Assembly: GCA_905214795.1 (NCBI GenBank)
Contig: CAJMNM010000014.1
Span: 2,669-66,668, forward strand
Length of the DNA: 64,000 nt
DNA from: an uncultured bacterium
GTDB taxonomy: Bacteria > Bacteroidota > Bacteroidia > Bacteroidales > Bacteroidaceae
Direction of reading: 5' to 3'
The notes below the pieces were generated by a model. The model was not told the origin of the DNA. It ran no database searches and saw only the letters and a list, made by a program, of their open reading frames with translations. Each line of letters begins with the position of its first letter. Position 1 is the first letter of the stretch. Made by a program: the position numbers and the translations under genes. Below are positions 59,486 to 64,000 of this stretch, piece by piece.

Positions 59486-60064
59486 ATGGGAAAGAGTATT
59501 AAAGGAACAAGAACAGAGAAGAATCTGATGACTTCATTTGCTGGTGAATCACAAGCCAGAATGCGTTATACATATTTTGCCAGCGTGGCAAAGAAGGAAG
59601 GATATGAACAGATCTCAGCAATTTTCCTTGAAACAGCTGAACAGGAAAAAGAACATGCTAAAAAGATGTTCAAATGGCTTGAAGGAGGAATGGTTGAGAT
59701 TACTGCCAGCTATCCGGCCGGAACAATTTCTACAACAGCAGAAAATTTAAAAGCCGCTGCCGCTGGAGAAAATGAAGAGTGGTCTGCTGATTATCCGATG
59801 TTTGCCCGTATAGCTGATGAAGAAGGATTTCCTGAGATTGCAGCTATGTATCGTATGATTTCAGTGGCAGAGAAAGGACATGAAGAACGTTATCGTGCAT
59901 TTTTGAAGAATATTGAGGAGGGACATGTCTTCAAGAAAGAGGAGGAAACTGTTTGGCAATGTCGCAATTGTGGATATATCCATGTTGGAAAAGAAGCTCC
60001 TCAAGTTTGTCCGGCTTGTCAACATCCACAAGCTTATTTTGAAGTTAAGAAGGAGAATTATTAA
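59486..60064 (+). CDS. rbr: Rubrerythrin
   Basis: FAGESQA, EKEHA, GENEE, EKGHE diiron ligands; WQCRNCG..CPAC.HP; TATCTTTG box at 59421-59428. Confidence 0.96.
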   Translation: MGKSIKGTRTEKNLMTSFAGESQARMRYTYFASVAKKEGYEQISAIFLETAEQEKEHAKKMFKWLEGGMVEITASYPAGTISTTAENLKAAAAGENEEWSADYPMFARIADEEGFPEIAAMYRMISVAEKGHEERYRAFLKNIEEGHVFKKEEETVWQCRNCGYIHVGKEAPQVCPACQHPQAYFEVKKENY

Positions 60065-60105
60065 TGTATGAGTCCTACATTTTTAATGTAGGGGTAAATT
60101 CAGAT

Positions 60106-60167
60106 AAAATCAGGTCTTTTCTTATGCTGGAGATTGTTCCGGGATATAGAGGAAAGGCCTGATTTTT
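60106..60167 (+). terminator. Stem-loop after rubrerythrin
   Basis: AAAATCAGGTCTTT / AAAGGCCTGATTTTT. Confidence 0.6.
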
Positions 60168-60192
60168 GTATAATGATAAAAAACAATATAAA

Positions 60193-60693
60193 ATGATAAC
60201 AATATATTTAATGCGTCATGGAGAAACAGAGGAGAATGCTAAAGGTATTTTTCAAGGACAGAATCCCGGCAAGTTAAGTGATAAGGGTAAAATGCAGGCC
60301 AGAATGATGCATGCGAAAGTAGCGGCGCTTAACTTTGATGCTGTATTATGCAGTGATTTGCAACGTTGTAGAGATACAGCAGCTATTGTTTTGGAAAATA
60401 CAGGATTTGTGCCTTTTTATACACCCCTTTTAAGAGAAAGAGACATGGGAAATCTGGTTGGTAAACCTATTGCCGGAGCACAGTTTGACAAGACTGTAGA
60501 GAATGCCGGACAAGTACGTCAAAGAATTAACCTGTTTGTGAATGAGATAAAGAAAGAGTATTCAGGTAAAACTTTGCTGGTGATTAGTCATGGCTATTTT
60601 TGTCGACTCTTTCAGGCATTTATTGAGAAAAAGAGAGCAGAGGATGTTGTTGGTTTGGAGAATTGTGAGATACGTAAAATAGAGTTGGACTGA
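60193..60693 (+). CDS. Histidine phosphatase family protein
   Basis: Start set at MITIYL (60193); RHGET, SDLQRC, LRER, ISHG, LENC. Confidence 0.9.
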   Translation: MITIYLMRHGETEENAKGIFQGQNPGKLSDKGKMQARMMHAKVAALNFDAVLCSDLQRCRDTAAIVLENTGFVPFYTPLLRERDMGNLVGKPIAGAQFDKTVENAGQVRQRINLFVNEIKKEYSGKTLLVISHGYFCRLFQAFIEKKRAEDVVGLENCEIRKIELD

Positions 60694-60809
60694 CGGAAAA
60701 ATTTGTTCTGTTGATGTAACGATGTGGTGTGTTGTCACAGAGTGATACCATCTTATGATGCTAGCTATATAAATTCCGCATGAGAATGGTGGAGATGTTG
60801 TTCTGAATT

Positions 60810-61136
60810 TTATTTACAACAGTCTCCTTTTTTGCATATTGGCTGACCTAGAAAATCAGCAAACATAGTTTTAGCTAGATTCCAGTTGGTTTTGTTGATA
60901 CAGTATTTTACTTTTGGAACTTCTATTTCGCCTTGTATCAGTCCTGCATTTTTGAGTTCTTTCAGATGTTGTGATACAGTAGCTTTTGCAATTGGTAATT
61001 CTTCGTGAATATCACCAAAATAACAACTCTCCTGACTAGCTAAAAATTGAAGTATTGCTATGCGGGCAGGGTGTCCCATGGCTTTGGCAAAGCGTGCTAT
61101 CTGTACTTGTTCGTCCGTGTATTTTTTATTAAGCAT
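60810..61136 (-). CDS. ArsR/SmtB family transcriptional regulator
   Basis: Start set at MLNKKY (61136); [26 protein letters not shown]-terminal C..DCC. Confidence 0.92.
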   Translation of the reverse strand: MLNKKYTDEQVQIARFAKAMGHPARIAILQFLASQESCYFGDIHEELPIAKATVSQHLKELKNAGLIQGEIEVPKVKYCINKTNWNLAKTMFADFLGQPICKKGDCCK

Positions 61137-61159
61137 ACAATACTTTATTAAAAAGTTCG

Positions 61160-61191
61160 CAAACATACAAACATCTGACCGCTTTTGCAAA
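61160..61191 (-). promoter_or_regulatory. -33/-7 promoter for the ArsR gene
   Basis: Minus strand TTTG-N20-TATGTTTG, overlapped by an imperfect inverted repeat GTTCG.....TACAAAC (possible operator). Confidence 0.7.
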
Positions 61192-61218
61192 TCAATTCAC
61201 AATATTTTTTGTGACAAT

Positions 61219-63639
61219 TTAGAATTTAAAACTTATGGCTGCGTATGGCAGACATTGTCTTTGGAAATTAATGAAATAAAAATTCTGAATATCTTCTTCC
61301 GGAGGATTTCCTACAATATTGTATAGTCCTAAACGGAATGCTAAAATAGATTTCTTAAAAGTACGCTGATAGCCATAGCCTGCGTCAATCCTATATACGG
61401 CAGATTCTCTGAAACTGCGGAACTGTTCTTCAGGAATGACATCCATGTCATAATCTAAATCCATAATTTTACCCGAACGGAATTCTCCGCCGATGGAAAT
61501 GGAAGAGTGTTTGGTAAAGCGATAACTTATTGCCGCTGCAAATGCATGCGGTATATCGTATAAAGAGGGTAGCTTTCCGAGTTGACGTAAATCGGGGAAC
61601 CATTCTTTGCTACGGATATAGGCATACGATGCTTGCAGACTTACCCGTTTCCATGTATTGGTAATGTATGCCTTTGCACCATAGCTGTGTCCATTTCCGC
61701 TCATGATATATTTTTCCCATTGGTTGTCTGTTGGATAAGCTTCAGGACGTAGGGCAAGCACATGACGGCGCGTTTTATAGAAAGCAGATGCTTCGATGTA
61801 TCCTTTTTGAAGAAAATGTTTCCAGCCTATTTCGTAGTGTTCTGATGAACGAGGATGAAATCTTTCGATGCTAGGCATACGAAAGTCTGTAGGCAGGGCG
61901 AAATAGTTCAGACAAATATAATGATAAAACTGTTCCATTCTGGAGGCTCCGGTATAGAGCAGATCATTTCCGGATATGGCATATTTTAAGGATATTCGTG
62001 GTTGTATGCTGTGGTGTTTGGTGTAATGATCCGGAGCGTATAAGACATAATTTATACCAATCTCAGCAGATAGTTTTGAGTTTATTCTTATCAGATTATC
62101 ATAGAAGATGGATAGCTGGGTTATAGGTTCTTTTTTGTTCATTAATGTGTCGCCGAATACAGCCATCTTATAGTTTTCCCGTGCAAACCTGATACCCCAG
62201 CTGGCATGAAAAACAGGGTCTGGTTGGCATGAAAGTGTTGTGGTGACGTAGGTGGAACGAATGCCGCTTTCTAGAAATTTTGTGTCTTCCAGTTCTAAAA
62301 TGTTTTCCAGCGCTTTATTGGAATAGGCTGTATAGGCAATGGTTGAAGACAGTGTGAGATTTTTGCCGATGAGAGTCTGAATGCCTAACTGGTACAACTG
62401 ATTTTTCCAGTGCATAATGGTTTGGTTAACATGTTTTTCAATGGGATAATGATAATCGTCATCAGCATGATATGCCATAAATTGAATGGATGTGACGGGA
62501 GTTACGTCAAATGACAGTTTGGCCTGATAGTCCGAATAGGAATGATTCATGCGTAAATCGTCGTTTACAAGTTCATCGAAAAAATCAAGCCAACTTCGGC
62601 GGATGCCGACAAGATATGAAAATTTGTTTTTTATAATAGGGCCTTCTAGCATCATGGAGGCAGCAGGCATATCAATAGAAAGTGTACGTTGATGTTCCTG
62701 TTTATTGCCCTCTTTCATACGGATATCTGTTACAGATGAAAGTCTCCCTTCATATTGAGTTGGGAAAAAATTACGGTGAAAGGTGACACTTTTTATTGCA
62801 TCACCGTTGAAAGGCGACATCATGGTGTTCATATGTCCATAATGATAGAGTGGGGTTCCGTCGACGAGTAACAGGTTTTCGTCATCTCCTCCGCCGTTGA
62901 CCTGAAAATGTACTCCCATTGGAGCGCCAATGACGCCTGGTAGAATATTCATCTGTGAGAACAGATTGGTGTTGGTGTATGTCAGTTTGTTGCTTGGTTG
63001 TGATTCATCCAATTCCATTATGTTAGGACATGAGCGTACGGTTGCTTCTTTTAATTCAATGGATATGGGATGCATGATTACTTTTAAAAATTGATTCTGG
63101 AAAACGCCAATCTGATGTTCGTAGGGTTGATAGCCAAGATAATGAACACGGATATTGTATTCACCTTCAAGTATGTGCAGTCTGAACGTACCGTGTTCGG
63201 CAATTGCGGTATAAGTTTGACCGGTATGTATTTCTTTAAGGAGAATGTAAGATTCTAATAGTTTTTCTTTGCTTTCGTCTTCACAGATACAGCCTTCTAT
63301 TGTATATTCTTTACGTGGTGTAACTTGTAGTAATATTTGTCGTGAAGGAGTTTCTTGTATGTTCAGTTTGAAATCTTTAAGTAGAATTGTGAGAAATTGG
63401 GCGACAGTTACTTGTCCTGTTTCATATAACGTATAGTTGCGGTCCATATCAAGGACCGACGTATTATAGGATAATTGTAGGTTGCCTTTCTGTTCCAACC
63501 ATTGGAACCACTGACGTAGTGAAGCCCGTCCTGATTGTGTGCTGATAAGAGTCTGACAACAAGAAAAATCCGGCTGTCCCCATAAAGGGAACAACCAGAA
63601 GCAGAGTAGTCCTATTAAGCTATACAGTTTCAGATTCAT
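61219..63639 (-). CDS. TonB-dependent receptor/transducer with N-terminal signalling-type extension
   Basis: N-terminal L..W...LEQK..LQLSYN (STN-like), HYLGY, LPGV, VNGGGDDENL..VDG, YEGRLSSVTDI, terminal Phe; overlaps the FecR-like stop by 4 nt. Confidence 0.85.
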   Translation of the reverse strand: MNLKLYSLIGLLCFWLFPLWGQPDFSCCQTLISTQSGRASLRQWFQWLEQKGNLQLSYNTSVLDMDRNYTLYETGQVTVAQFLTILLKDFKLNIQETPSRQILLQVTPRKEYTIEGCICEDESKEKLLESYILLKEIHTGQTYTAIAEHGTFRLHILEGEYNIRVHYLGYQPYEHQIGVFQNQFLKVIMHPISIELKEATVRSCPNIMELDESQPSNKLTYTNTNLFSQMNILPGVIGAPMGVHFQVNGGGDDENLLLVDGTPLYHYGHMNTMMSPFNGDAIKSVTFHRNFFPTQYEGRLSSVTDIRMKEGNKQEHQRTLSIDMPAASMMLEGPIIKNKFSYLVGIRRSWLDFFDELVNDDLRMNHSYSDYQAKLSFDVTPVTSIQFMAYHADDDYHYPIEKHVNQTIMHWKNQLYQLGIQTLIGKNLTLSSTIAYTAYSNKALENILELEDTKFLESGIRSTYVTTTLSCQPDPVFHASWGIRFARENYKMAVFGDTLMNKKEPITQLSIFYDNLIRINSKLSAEIGINYVLYAPDHYTKHHSIQPRISLKYAISGNDLLYTGASRMEQFYHYICLNYFALPTDFRMPSIERFHPRSSEHYEIGWKHFLQKGYIEASAFYKTRRHVLALRPEAYPTDNQWEKYIMSGNGHSYGAKAYITNTWKRVSLQASYAYIRSKEWFPDLRQLGKLPSLYDIPHAFAAAISYRFTKHSSISIGGEFRSGKIMDLDYDMDVIPEEQFRSFRESAVYRIDAGYGYQRTFKKSILAFRLGLYNIVGNPPEEDIQNFYFINFQRQCLPYAAISFKF

Positions 63640-64000
63640 GGATTGTTCTTGTCAAAAAGTCTGTAGTGCATAGAATCTGTCTGTTCGTAATGACATTGAC
63701 ATAAGAATGCGATTTCTTTAATGGCCTCTTGTGGTTGAGTCAGATCCAAACGAGCCGTAATTGCATTGAATCGTACGTTTTGGTCGATTTCGATTTCAAT
63801 ACCGGAGACTTCTTTTATTTGTGATATTACGTTTTCTATTGATTCCTCTTTGAATACCAAAATCTGATTTATAAAGCCGAAAACAGCATCTGTATTAGTA
63901 ATTCTTTCCTTTTGAATTTTGTTTCCTGTAAAGCTTACCTGTTCGTTTTGCAGGAGTTCAACCGATGTGTCTTCGGATGTTACTTTAACATGTCCGGTTC
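63636..64000 (-). CDS. FecR-family anti-sigma factor (3' part; runs off window end)
   Basis: Open frame to the window edge: TGHVKV..VELLQNEQV..QILVFKEESIENVISQIKEVSGIEIEI..ITARL, a FecR C-terminal pattern. Confidence 0.8.
   Translation of the reverse strand, partial: TGHVKVTSEDTSVELLQNEQVSFTGNKIQKERITNTDAVFGFINQILVFKEESIENVISQIKEVSGIEIEIDQNVRFNAITARLDLTQPQEAIKEIAFLCQCHYEQTDSMHYRLFDKNNP

Overview
Chromosomal segment from a Bacteroidales bacterium (Prevotellaceae/Bacteroidaceae-like), inferred from TAnnTTTG-type promoters, several T9SS-type C-terminal domains and Bacteroides-like gene order. Most of it is core metabolism: a glycogen cluster, panC-panD, a methylmalonyl-CoA epimerase/carboxyltransferase operon, nitroreductase-DUF2520-kdsC-maf, serine dehydratase, hisGDCB with a His-leader attenuator, and rubrerythrin. 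It also carries large secreted proteins (C10 protease, a ~2300-aa Asp-box/LamG protein with an NPCBM partner, an alginate-lyase-family protein, a PL11 lyase with autotransporter-type repeats) and three TonB-dependent receptors. I saw no rRNA, tRNA, transposase, integrase, phage genes or CRISPR array. The most unusual signals are non-coding or missing from the ORF track. (1) A composite element occurs twice between convergent genes (~16.9-17.2 kb and ~40.5-41.0 kb). It is built from a 10-bp motif on a strict 22-bp lattice, bracketed by shared IHF-site-like boxes and, in one copy, ~60-bp inverted repeats. (2) An 86-bp hairpin repeat family (39.0 and 45.9 kb) has a terminal unit that forms a full Bacteroidetes promoter for the adjacent gene. 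(3) An orphan, probably nuclease-dead HpaII-family gene converges with a Dna2-like nuclease-helicase on element (1). (4) Small ORFs: a 47-aa YxxP peptide ahead of a TonB receptor and a 58-aa anchorless MmdD-like subunit. All family calls come from motif recognition by eye; no database searches were run.
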